Positions 34,133 to 42,742 of a stretch of 62,577 bases of DNA are shown in pieces. The translations under genes were made by a program, and so were the position numbers. The first letter of the stretch is position 1, and every line of letters starts with the position of its first letter. The notes under the pieces were generated by a model. That model saw nothing but the letters and a program-made list of their open reading frames with translations, was not told where the DNA came from and searched no databases. This DNA comes from an archaeon. Lineage in GTDB: Archaea; Nanobdellota; Nanobdellia; Pacearchaeales; UBA284. The DNA is taken from positions 1 to 62,577 of the forward strand of contig JAUWNL010000001.1 in NCBI GenBank assembly GCA_030612665.1. Direction: 5' to 3'.

Positions 34133-36715
34133 ATGAAAAAAGAGGTAAGAAAAGAAATAATTGTAATGCTACTTGCATTAGTGGCTATCGTCAGTCTTGC
34201 AGTTTTTATTTCTGCGACTATTGAGATTGCAGATCCTTTTATTGATATAGTCGAGATCTATGGTCCTGGCCAAGCAATAAGTGGAATAGCAACTTTTTCT
34301 CTTGATGATGAACCTGGAGATACGATTGTTAAAGGACAGATAGGAAGCAATAGTGTTTCTATGTTGCTCCAAGAATTTCTAGATGAAAATGAAGCAAGTT
34401 ACAGTTGTGAACCATCAGGCTGTTCACAAATTTTTATTTTGAGTAATCCAACTAACTCAAAAGATATTAGTTTTTCTGATAATGAGGGCATGACTGCAAT
34501 AAGAGCAAGTGGCAATGAAGTAAATATTCAAAGTCTTGAATTTTTTATAGAAGGAACCTCAAGTGGAGCAATGGTTTGTGGTGAAACTCCTCTTCGTTTG
34601 GACTTACTTGATGATGAAATCATTGATTGGGAATATAAAGAACCTGGAGCATGGTGTGGAAGCATAATGGGAAAAAATTATAATCCTGGAGCTGCAACAG
34701 AAGAAAAGATTATTAGTGCTACAACTTATTGTGAAAAAATTGAAATAGATAAGACAGGAAAAATAATGATTAATGCTGAAGTTAGATTCAAGGAAGGAGA
34801 ACCTGGAGATGATGACCTTATATACTCAATTTACAATGGAGCTGAGCTCATTGCCCAATGTAGTCCAGGCAAAGTTGATAATACTGAATACTTAACTAAA
34901 AATTGTGAAATTCCTGAAGAGGGATTTTATGTCCAGGAAAAACAGGATTTTTTCATTTGTATAAAAAATTCTGGCTCAGCAGAATATGCAATTAAATCAG
35001 AAAGTGAAAGTCCTTTCTCAGGTTTTTGGGGAGCACCTCCACAAGATGTTTTTACAACTGATTATGCCTTAAGCGTCCTAGTAGCAGGTTTTTCTCCTTT
35101 CAATGGCAGAACAAAGTTTAATTCAACAAATTATCTTGGCCCAATTTTTCTTAAAGATTATGTACAGGATTATATTGACTCAAGATATGGAGGTGATTGT
35201 CCTGAGGTTGAAGGTTGTGGAATTCCAATAAGATTCATAAGAACTGAATCAAACCAGCAAGTCACAATCAATGAACTTTCTTTCAAGTTTGATAATAGTG
35301 GAGGCCCTGGAGAAGATTTTTCATTTTATGATTTTAATATTGAATATCCAGACATAACCATGGCTGAAAAAAGCCTTGCTATTGATGCTCTAAACATAAC
35401 TGTTCCTGATTCATATGGAACCTACACATTTTCTTTTACTTTAGGCACAGAAACTGAATCAGCAGATTTTGAAGTTGCACAAGTTCCAACAATAACTAAC
35501 CTAATACCAAGAACAATAATCCCAGGAACTGAAACAACCTTTGAAGTTACAGCCTCGTCTCCCAAAGGAAACAATATTGTGAGTTATGAATGGGATTTTG
35601 GGGATGGCTCCACAACAAGAGAAACAGTAGTGCCACAAATAAAACATACATACATGACAACAGGCACATTCAGTCTTATTGTAAGTGCAGTTGATACTGA
35701 AGATTTGAAAGGCACGAGAAGTTTTACAATTAGTGCAACAATAACAAAAGAAGGTTTAAATTCCTCGATAAAAAACAAACAAGCAAAAATCTCAACATTT
35801 AGAAACAATCTTGTTGAATGGTATTCTAATATCATTGAAGAAAAACTAAATCTAAACAACACTGAATCAACTCTTGATACTCTTTACTCGCAACTTGAGA
35901 CAGCAACAGAACCAGAATTAGTAAGCATTAAAAATCAGCTTGATAGTCTTGAAATCCCGCAACGTATTGATGATTCCCTTGTTTTTGATGAAAGCATTTA
36001 TATTCCAGCTCCAAATATAATTCGACCAGACTTAGTTGAGAACCTTGGTGGCGGGGGTTATAATAATGAACTAGAAACAGAATATCTTGCTGGAATTATT
36101 GATTGGTACAATAACCAAGATGTAACAATAGAAGGAGCAGTTAAAACTATAATGTTTGATGATGCAACAACCCAGGACACAATAACTCTTACTATAATAG
36201 ATGTTTCCCTTGCTCAGGCAGAAGAAGCATACCTAATCATCAATCTACCAATTGGAGTAGACTTTCAAGAGCTTTCATTCAAAGAAGATTATGGTGAGCA
36301 GGAAATTGAAAACAGCATAGCAATAATTCTTGATACTAGCGAGACAATAGAATTTGTCATGCCAGATGGCCAGCAAATATCAAATATTGAATTATTTCTC
36401 GCACCTAATCTTGATTCACTTGGAATTCAACCAGGAAGCGGATTCGGAGAACAAAAAGTGCCTTGGTTCTGGGCAATTTTCTTTATTATCATTATCCTTC
36501 TAGGTATACTTGCAGCTCTCTACTTCATATGGCATGGAAAGAAAGCAAAGATAAAAAAAGAATTGTTTAGAAACCCAATGGATTTATTCAATTTAACAAA
36601 TTTCATTAAAAACGCGCGACTCAAAGGAATGAACAAAAAAGAAATTGAGGAAAAATTAAAGAAAACAGGTTGGACAAAAAAACAGATTGATTTTGCTTTC
36701 AGTAAAATAAAATAA
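34133..36715 (+). CDS. Large (860 aa) secreted surface protein with PKD domain, C-terminal TM anchor and conserved cytoplasmic tail
   Basis: Signal/anchor IIVMLLALVAIVSLAVFISA. PKD signature YEWDFGDGSTTRE...HTYMTTGTFSLIVSAVD. TM helix WFWAIFFIIIILLGILAALYFIW. Tail KGMNKKEIEEKLKKTGWTKKQIDFAF. Confidence 0.8.
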   Translation: MKKEVRKEIIVMLLALVAIVSLAVFISATIEIADPFIDIVEIYGPGQAISGIATFSLDDEPGDTIVKGQIGSNSVSMLLQEFLDENEASYSCEPSGCSQIFILSNPTNSKDISFSDNEGMTAIRASGNEVNIQSLEFFIEGTSSGAMVCGETPLRLDLLDDEIIDWEYKEPGAWCGSIMGKNYNPGAATEEKIISATTYCEKIEIDKTGKIMINAEVRFKEGEPGDDDLIYSIYNGAELIAQCSPGKVDNTEYLTKNCEIPEEGFYVQEKQDFFICIKNSGSAEYAIKSESESPFSGFWGAPPQDVFTTDYALSVLVAGFSPFNGRTKFNSTNYLGPIFLKDYVQDYIDSRYGGDCPEVEGCGIPIRFIRTESNQQVTINELSFKFDNSGGPGEDFSFYDFNIEYPDITMAEKSLAIDALNITVPDSYGTYTFSFTLGTETESADFEVAQVPTITNLIPRTIIPGTETTFEVTASSPKGNNIVSYEWDFGDGSTTRETVVPQIKHTYMTTGTFSLIVSAVDTEDLKGTRSFTISATITKEGLNSSIKNKQAKISTFRNNLVEWYSNIIEEKLNLNNTESTLDTLYSQLETATEPELVSIKNQLDSLEIPQRIDDSLVFDESIYIPAPNIIRPDLVENLGGGGYNNELETEYLAGIIDWYNNQDVTIEGAVKTIMFDDATTQDTITLTIIDVSLAQAEEAYLIINLPIGVDFQELSFKEDYGEQEIENSIAIILDTSETIEFVMPDGQQISNIELFLAPNLDSLGIQPGSGFGEQKVPWFWAIFFIIIILLGILAALYFIWHGKKAKIKKELFRNPMDLFNLTNFIKNARLKGMNKKEIEEKLKKTGWTKKQIDFAFSKIK

Positions 36716-36818
36716 CTAAAACAACTTAAATAACTAAATTATCACAGAAAAGTTTAATAAGATAAAAAATAAATATAAATTATAAAAGAAAGAAAAAATA
36801 AAAACATAAAAAAAGAAA

Positions 36819-37505
36819 ATGTCGATACTAATCATTCCAAATTTTTTCAAGAGAATTTTTTCTAATCTTTTTACTATAGAAAAACATATCAAACTTGGAT
36901 TTTATGGACCCCCAAACGGAGGAAAAACCACTCTCGCTAACAGAATAACAAAAGACTGGCTTGGTGGAGAAGAAATAGGAAAAGTCTCTAAAATACCTCA
37001 TGAAACAAGAAAAATCCAGATTAAAGAAAAAGTTGAAATAAAACATAAAAGCAGATCGATTATTTTCAAACTTGTTGATACGCCCGGGATAGCTACAAAA
37101 ATAGATTATGAAGATTTCATGAAATTTGGCATGAAATCTAAAGATGCTAAAAGAAGGGCAAAAGAAGCAACAAAAGGAGTCATAGAATCAATAAAATGGT
37201 TAGATGATATGGATGCAGTCATAATCGTCCTTGATTCTACTCAAAATCCATATACACAAGTAAACATTACTATTATAGGAAATCTTGTAGCAAGGAAAAT
37301 TCCAGTTCTTGTTGTGGCAAATAAAACAGATAAGAAAAAATCAAATATTAAAAAGATAGAAGCTGCTTTTCCAGAATATGAAGCTGTAGGTATAAGTGCA
37401 AAATATGGTAAAAATATGGAAGAATTTTATGAGTCTGTATTCAACTTAGTTAGAAAAAGTAAGAGGAAAAGAAAGAAGAAAAAGAAAAGAGGAAGGAGGA
37501 AGTAA
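36819..37505 (+). CDS. Small GTP-binding protein (archaeal, basic C-terminal tail)
   Basis: G1 GPPNGGKTT, G3 DTPG and G4 NKTD. The tail is KSKRKRKKKKKRGRRK. Confidence 0.8.
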   Translation: MSILIIPNFFKRIFSNLFTIEKHIKLGFYGPPNGGKTTLANRITKDWLGGEEIGKVSKIPHETRKIQIKEKVEIKHKSRSIIFKLVDTPGIATKIDYEDFMKFGMKSKDAKRRAKEATKGVIESIKWLDDMDAVIIVLDSTQNPYTQVNITIIGNLVARKIPVLVVANKTDKKKSNIKKIEAAFPEYEAVGISAKYGKNMEEFYESVFNLVRKSKRKRKKKKKRGRRK

Positions 37506-37529
37506 AAAAACGAGGAAAAGAAAAAGAAG

Positions 37530-37949
37530 ATGATAAAAAAAAGAAAAATAAAACTAAAAAGAGGTAAAGGCAAGAAAGGCGTAACTATTCAATTTATCCC
37601 TTACTCAGAATTAGGCTATCTCACGAGTTATAAAAGAGTAAAGAAACTCTTGGAGGTGGTTGGGGAAGAAAAGATTGTTTTCTTTCAAGGAAAACTCACT
37701 CCTGAAGAAGAAGCAGACCTTATTGAAGAAACTATGAAGAAAGTAGGCAGATTAAAAAAATTCAAAGGAATAGAATTAACATCTTTTTCTCCAAAAGCAG
37801 CAAATCTTCCATTTTTCAGTCAAATGCGAGAAGGTATTGCAAGTTTTCTTGCAGGCAATAGGGACATTATGACTGTAATTGGACCAGCAACAGTTGTAAG
37901 AGAAATAAGAAAAGACCCAACAAAAATCCAATTATTATTAAGGAAATAA
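37530..37949 (+). CDS. DUF2073-like archaeal protein (usual partner of the preceding GTPase)
   Basis: IQFIPYSEL...EKIVFFQGKLTPEEEADLIEETMKKV...FKGIEL fits my recollection of the COG3365/DUF2073 pattern. The gene order with a GTPase and a Zn-ribbon protein is conserved. Confidence 0.5.
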   Translation: MIKKRKIKLKRGKGKKGVTIQFIPYSELGYLTSYKRVKKLLEVVGEEKIVFFQGKLTPEEEADLIEETMKKVGRLKKFKGIELTSFSPKAANLPFFSQMREGIASFLAGNRDIMTVIGPATVVREIRKDPTKIQLLLRK

Positions 37950-38012
37950 GAATAATAACAAGAATAATAAGGGTAAGAAATTATTAAGGAAATAAGAATA
38001 ATAAGGGTAAGA
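37934..38012. repeat. Imperfect tandem duplication (~46 plus 33 nt) that repeats the last codons and stop of the preceding gene
   Basis: ATTATTAAGGAAATAAGAATAATAA occurs at 37934 and 37980. AAGAATAATAAGGGTAAGA occurs at 37961 and 37994. Confidence 0.7.
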
Positions 38013-38083
38013 TAATAAGGACAAAAAATTATTAAGAAAAGAATAAAAATAATAAAAAATAAATAAACCCCAAGCTAAGAAAA

Positions 38084-38473
38084 ATGCCACACCAATGTGT
38101 TCGCTGCGGAAAAATCTATGAAGCTACTGACAAAGCCATACTTGAAGGTTGTAGTTGTGGAAGTCATTTTTTCTTTTTCTTTAAAGAAAATGACATCAAA
38201 GAAATAAAACAAGAAACAGAAAAGCTAACAGAACAAGAAAGACATGAAATTGAACAAGATGTTAAGGGGATAATAGGTCCGGGAATAGATCAAAGCAAAC
38301 CAGTTATTCTAGATTTTGAATCTATCCGAGTCAAAAAACCAGGAAAATTTGAAATAGACCTTGTAAAACTTTTCAAGAGAAAACCTCTTGTCTACAAAAT
38401 CGAAGAAGGCAAATATATAATTGATATAGTATCAACGTTCCAACTCAAACATGGAATGAAAGAAGAAGAGTAA
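38084..38473 (+). CDS. Zn-ribbon-containing protein (COG3364/DUF2072-like)
   Basis: N-terminal CVRCG...GCSCGSHFF zinc ribbon. It is the third member of the GTPase/DUF2073/Zn-ribbon neighbourhood. Confidence 0.6.
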   Translation: MPHQCVRCGKIYEATDKAILEGCSCGSHFFFFFKENDIKEIKQETEKLTEQERHEIEQDVKGIIGPGIDQSKPVILDFESIRVKKPGKFEIDLVKLFKRKPLVYKIEEGKYIIDIVSTFQLKHGMKEEE

Positions 38474-38480
38474 ATATATG

Positions 38481-38630
38481 CAATTAAGAGAAGTTTTGCC
38501 GTAGGCAAAATTTGGGAAAGCGAAGTGCAACGAGCTTTCTTCTTAATCGCTGTTAAGTCCCTTTTTCTAAAAGAAAAAGTCGAGAATTGCGAAGCAATTC
38601 GGAGAAGTCAGGGTCGGCGAGCTAAATCTT
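38481..38630. ncRNA. Candidate structured RNA (class and strand unknown) in a convergent intergenic region
   Basis: Visibly GC-enriched relative to its surroundings. Nested helices: ATTAAGAGAAG/CTTCTTAAT encloses TTTTGCC-GTA-GGCAAAA and GAAAGC...GCTTTC. These are followed by CTTTTTC-TAAAA-GAAAAAG and GAATTGC-GAA-GCAATTC. Confidence 0.3.
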
Positions 38631-38643
38631 TATAATACCTTTT

Positions 38644-39249
38644 TTAGAGGATGTCATATCTTTTCTTAAGAAATTCTACAACAGGAATACCTTCATCATC
38701 ACCTTGCATTATACGTTTTTTGATTATAAGCTTACAAAGGTTTCTCATGTCTTTTTGGATACTTTGGATATTACTTCCTAGGGCTATTTCTTCTAGAATG
38801 CTTAATCCTTTGATAAAATTTTCAGCTCTAAACTTTTCTGGAGGATCTAATAAACCCATAATATCCATCTTGGTTGTTAACCCAAAATCCCCTTTAGTTA
38901 TCCATTTTAGCCCCTGTAAAATAGCGTTATATGCTTGATAACCCTTTTTTGGTTGTTCATGTATACAATACTCTAGTATTTCTTCTCTATTTTCGTGAAC
39001 ACTATAAGAATACCCACAATAAGGATGTTTTACAAATTCTAAATTCTCCCGGTAACGCTTTTCTCTTTTTACTTCTTCTCCCTTTTGCTTAGCCTTTTCA
39101 AATTTGCTTATTTCTTTGGGTTTTTCTGTTAAATTTTTTTTCTTATTACCAGACAATTTCAAGGCATAGTCTAGAGCCCTAAGTGGTGGATGAATTCCTT
39201 CCTTCCTAAATTTTCTATAGTCTTTGATTAGACTATACAATTTTTTCAT
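38644..39249 (-). CDS. Hypothetical protein (201 aa)
   Basis: An ORF with coding-like composition, divergent from a TrmB-like regulator gene. I recognise no family. Confidence 0.45.
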   Translation of the reverse strand: MKKLYSLIKDYRKFRKEGIHPPLRALDYALKLSGNKKKNLTEKPKEISKFEKAKQKGEEVKREKRYRENLEFVKHPYCGYSYSVHENREEILEYCIHEQPKKGYQAYNAILQGLKWITKGDFGLTTKMDIMGLLDPPEKFRAENFIKGLSILEEIALGSNIQSIQKDMRNLCKLIIKKRIMQGDDEGIPVVEFLKKRYDIL

Positions 39250-39375
39250 TTTTTCATTTTATTACTTTTTGTATATTTTCATTATTTAGTAGAAGAATAA
39301 GCTATTTAAGCTTTGGTCTTCTTAATCAAGACGACTATAGAAACCTTTAAATATTAATAAATTTTAACTGAAAAT

Positions 39376-40104
39376 ATGGATGAAGGAGTTTTGGAAGAAC
39401 TGGGATTGAGTAAAGGAGAAACAAGAATTTATTTAGTTTTGTTGGGGATAGGTTCAACAACAGCAACAGCCATAATTACTAAATCTGGTTTTCATAAAGG
39501 AACAACTTATGCCATTTTAGAGAGGTTGATTGAAAAGGGTTTAGTTTCTTATATAACCAAGGGGAAGAAAAAATACTTTAAAGCTATGGATCCCAACAGA
39601 TTATTAGATATTGCAAAAGAAAAAGAAGAGCATATAAAAAACATCTTGCCAGAATTACTGAATTTAGAAAAAAAAGCAAAAAAAGAACAACCCGAAACAG
39701 AGATTTATATGGGAAAAAAAGCTTATAAAAATCTTATAGAAGAACAAATAGGAAGTAAAGAACTTTATAGTATTGGTATGACAACTAAAGCATGGAAAAT
39801 ACTAAAATATACCATGCCCCTTCTTGTTAAAAAAGCTATAAAAGTCAATCTTAAGTTTAATATTATAGCTGATGAAGAGACTAAATCGATGTTTTCAAAA
39901 TTCTCTAAGTGGCCTAATGTAAGAATAAAATACTTACCTAAAGGATATAGTAGTCCATCTGCCACAATGATATGGAAAAACAAAATATCAATTTCTGTAT
40001 TAGAAGATAAAAACCAGCCCTTTGTAGCAATTATCAAAAGTAAAAAAGTTAATGATGCTTACAAAAAGTATTTTAATTTATTATGGAAAATAGCAAAGTC
40101 ATAG
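39376..40104 (+). CDS. TrmB-family-like transcriptional regulator
   Basis: LGLSKGETRIYLVLLGIGSTTATAIITKSGFHKGTTYAILERLIEKGLV wHTH, plus a C-terminal effector-like domain. Confidence 0.7.
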   Translation: MDEGVLEELGLSKGETRIYLVLLGIGSTTATAIITKSGFHKGTTYAILERLIEKGLVSYITKGKKKYFKAMDPNRLLDIAKEKEEHIKNILPELLNLEKKAKKEQPETEIYMGKKAYKNLIEEQIGSKELYSIGMTTKAWKILKYTMPLLVKKAIKVNLKFNIIADEETKSMFSKFSKWPNVRIKYLPKGYSSPSATMIWKNKISISVLEDKNQPFVAIIKSKKVNDAYKKYFNLLWKIAKS

Positions 40105-40149
40105 TGTGAGCCGACCTCAATTGGACTCAACAACCAATCACAACCAATC

Positions 40150-40863
40150 CTAACCAGCATAAGTTAGATGTTCTTTATCTGCGATTTGCTGCACTTCACT
40201 AAGTTTACCCATAAAACCTTTAAGTTTTTCTTCAAATTCTTTTGCTTTGTCAATCAAAGGCTTATAATCAACTCCAAGATGGATATATCCATCAAGAATC
40301 TCAATTAATCTTGCTGCAGCAGTATTATCTGGCAAATCACTATGTGTTTCTACAAAAAAGCAAGAAAATTTAGTATTCTTAGCTTTAAGCAATAAAGCTC
40401 CAGTAACTCCAACAATAATTCCCTCTGTCATATTTTTTAACTTCATGCCTTCAAACTTCTTTTTATTCCCCTCAACATTCGTATAAAAGAAAGCATCTGG
40501 TTTTTCAGCAGGCTTGGGACTAGTGACTCCTTCAAGACCAATAATTTCCTTAGCTTTTATTTCCTTAGCAAGTTCAAGAAGAGTTTCAGCAATATCCCAT
40601 TCAATTCCTTGAACAGGAACAACAGCCTGAACAATGATTATATTTTTATCTTCATTATATAAAATCTGTAATGGCTCAATTATCTCAGACTTATGTATAG
40701 CAACAAGGGGAGAGATTTTACTGCTAACAATTCTACCAATAGGTTTAGCATTGATATGTTTAATAATATATTCAGTAGCAATAGTACTAACAAATCCAAA
40801 TCCGGGAAATCCTTCGATAATAGTTGCTCCTGGTTTAGGTTTCACATCAAGTTCAACTCTCAT
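40150..40863 (-). CDS. PAC2-family (proteasome assembly chaperone-like, COG1938) protein
   Basis: GATIIEGFPGFGFVSTIATEYII... typical N-terminus, 237 aa length and a C-terminal helical tail. Confidence 0.7.
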   Translation of the reverse strand: MRVELDVKPKPGATIIEGFPGFGFVSTIATEYIIKHINAKPIGRIVSSKISPLVAIHKSEIIEPLQILYNEDKNIIIVQAVVPVQGIEWDIAETLLELAKEIKAKEIIGLEGVTSPKPAEKPDAFFYTNVEGNKKKFEGMKLKNMTEGIIVGVTGALLLKAKNTKFSCFFVETHSDLPDNTAAARLIEILDGYIHLGVDYKPLIDKAKEFEEKLKGFMGKLSEVQQIADKEHLTYAG

Positions 40864-40893
40864 TTTTATCTTACCTCATTTTATGATTGATTT

Positions 40894-40911
40894 AATTGAT
40901 TATAATCAATT
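40894..40911. promoter_or_regulatory. Perfect 18-bp palindrome AATTGATTATAATCAATT flanked by GATTGA direct half-sites, in the divergent PAC2/argS intergenic region
   Basis: Read directly from the sequence. It lies 31 nt upstream of the PAC2 ATG and about 100 nt upstream of the argS ATG. Confidence 0.45.
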
Positions 40912-41010
40912 TGATTGACTACTAATGATTATGATTGAGAAAATTCATCTTTCTTTATAAATTTAATTGTTGCACGTTATATTTTTAAATTGCTGTTGTC
41001 TCATACAACT

Positions 41011-41622
41011 ATGTTCAAGGAAAAAATAAAAGAAGGTATAAGCAAAGCCACCCATCTTAAAAAACAAGACATAATTCTTAAGATTCCTAAATCAAATTTT
41101 GGAGATTATGCATTTCCATGTTTTATTCTTGCGAAAACAAAAAAGAAAAATCCAAATATCATAGCCAAGGAACTTGCAAAAAAGATTAAAATCCCAGGGA
41201 TACAAATAAAACCCACAGGAAGCTACATTAATTTTTTTGTTGACAAGGAAAAATTCTCACAAAATATAATAAAACAAATTCTGAAAGAAAAAGAAAAATA
41301 TGGCTCAAGTAAAGAAGGCAAAAAAAAGAAAATTATTATAGATTTCTCGTCGCCAAATATAGCAAAGCCATTTAATATAGGCCATCTTAGAAGTACAATA
41401 ATCGGTTATTCCCTTTACAAAATTTTCAATTTTCTTGGATATAAGAGCATAGGAATAAATCATCTTGGTGACTGGGGAACTCAATTTGGCCAGCTCATAG
41501 TAGCATTTAAGAAATGGGGAAAAGAATCACAACTCAAGAAAGAACCAATAAAATATCTCCTCAATTTATACATAAAATTCAACAAAGAAGCTGAAAAAAA
41601 TGAAAATGAAAATGAAAATTAA
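41011..41622 (+). CDS. argS: Arginine--tRNA ligase, N-terminal part (ends at an in-frame TAA)
   Basis: Add-1 N-domain, catalytic IIDFSSPNIAKPFNIGHLRSTIIG (HIGH-type) and NHLGDWGTQFG. I trimmed the start to MFKEKIK. Confidence 0.85.
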   Translation: MFKEKIKEGISKATHLKKQDIILKIPKSNFGDYAFPCFILAKTKKKNPNIIAKELAKKIKIPGIQIKPTGSYINFFVDKEKFSQNIIKQILKEKEKYGSSKEGKKKKIIIDFSSPNIAKPFNIGHLRSTIIGYSLYKIFNFLGYKSIGINHLGDWGTQFGQLIVAFKKWGKESQLKKEPIKYLLNLYIKFNKEAEKNENENEN

Positions 41623-41715
41623 TTTTTATATAACAAAGCAAAAGAAGAATTCAAGAAACTCGAGCAAGGAGATAAGGAGAATACACAATTATGGAAAAAA
41701 TTCAAAGAACTTAGT

Positions 41716-42711
41716 ATGAATGAATTCAATAAAATATATAAAATTCTCAACGTAAAGTTTGATTCTTTTGCAGGCGAATCTTTCTATAATAATCAACTTG
41801 AAAAAACAATAAACCTTCTAAGAAAAAAACAAGTTACAAGAATGAGTGAAGGTGCCTTAATCATTCCACTCGGAGAAGAGATGCCTCCTTGCATTCTGAA
41901 AAAGTCTGATGGAGCATCTACATATCATACAAGAGAAATTGCATCCTTGATTTACAGACAAAATAAATACAATCCAGAAAAAATTCTTTATGTAGTCGGC
42001 TCAGAACAAAAACTGCATTTTCAGCAAGTTTTCAAAGCATTAGATATCGCAAGTTTTAGTTGGTATAAAAAAGGGATTCATGTTCCATTCGGTTTAATAA
42101 GTCTACCAGAAGGAAAACTTTCAACAAGAAGAGGAAGAATAATTTTTATGGAAGATGTCATTAACAAGGGCATAGCTCTTGCAAAAAAAATCATTCAGCA
42201 AAAAAATCCAAAATTAAAGGACAAAGATAAAACTGCTGAGGCAGTTGCAATTGGAGCAATTATCTATGGAGACCTTTCAAGTGATAGGATTCTCAATATA
42301 AGGTTTGATTGGCAAAAGATGCTTAACTTCGAAGGCAATTCAGGCCCATATCTCCAATATTCATATGTCAGAGCAAACAGTATTCTAAAAAAAGTAGAAG
42401 GAAAAGTAAAAGGCAAGAACCAAGGAAAAACTCTATTCAAAAATCTCCATGAAAAAGAATATCTTCTTGTCAAAGAACTCTCGTTATTTCAAGAAATTAT
42501 CAAACGAGCTGCAAGAAACTATAAACCAAACATCATAGCAAACTATACTTACAATCTTGCCAGATTATTCAATGATTTTTATGAATGTTGCCCAGTCATG
42601 AAAGCAAGTCCAAAAGAAAAAGCAAGGAGAATTCAAATGGTCAAGGCAACAAAGCAAGTTCTAGAAAATTGTTTTAATTTATTGTTGATTCCTATTGTCA
42701 AGGAAATGTAA
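41716..42711 (+). CDS. argS: Arginine--tRNA ligase, C-terminal part (same frame as 41011..41622; codons 41623..41715 are also open and homologous)
   Basis: ESFYN, LSTRRGRIIFMEDV (MSTRxG-type motif) and the DALR anticodon-binding domain (NIIANYTYNLARLFNDFYE). The frame offset from 40990 is 726, which is 3 x 242. Confidence 0.85.
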   Translation: MNEFNKIYKILNVKFDSFAGESFYNNQLEKTINLLRKKQVTRMSEGALIIPLGEEMPPCILKKSDGASTYHTREIASLIYRQNKYNPEKILYVVGSEQKLHFQQVFKALDIASFSWYKKGIHVPFGLISLPEGKLSTRRGRIIFMEDVINKGIALAKKIIQQKNPKLKDKDKTAEAVAIGAIIYGDLSSDRILNIRFDWQKMLNFEGNSGPYLQYSYVRANSILKKVEGKVKGKNQGKTLFKNLHEKEYLLVKELSLFQEIIKRAARNYKPNIIANYTYNLARLFNDFYECCPVMKASPKEKARRIQMVKATKQVLENCFNLLLIPIVKEM

Positions 42712-42742
42712 GATTTTTATACTCTTTTTCTTAATCTTTTAG

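Noticed and set aside
37934-38040. A short repeat cluster as a possible CRISPR array
   Set aside because: There are only 2-3 imperfect, directly abutting AT-rich copies with no unique spacers. No cas genes are present. It looks like a tandem duplication of the gene's 3' end.
38481-38630. The structured intergenic element as a tRNA, a split tRNA half, a C/D or H/ACA sRNA, RNase P RNA or SRP RNA
   Set aside because: There is no T-arm (GTTCRANYC) or D-arm consensus and no RUGAUGA/CUGA or ACA boxes in sensible positions. It is far too short for RNase P or SRP RNA. I kept it only as an unclassified candidate.
41620-41622. Global reassignment of TAA as a sense codon, to explain the argS interruption
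   Set aside because: Many conserved genes in the window (for example tatD, the NTase-HEPN gene at 27482..28393 and the Zn-ribbon gene at 38084..38473) terminate with TAA at the expected protein ends. TAA therefore functions as a stop codon here.
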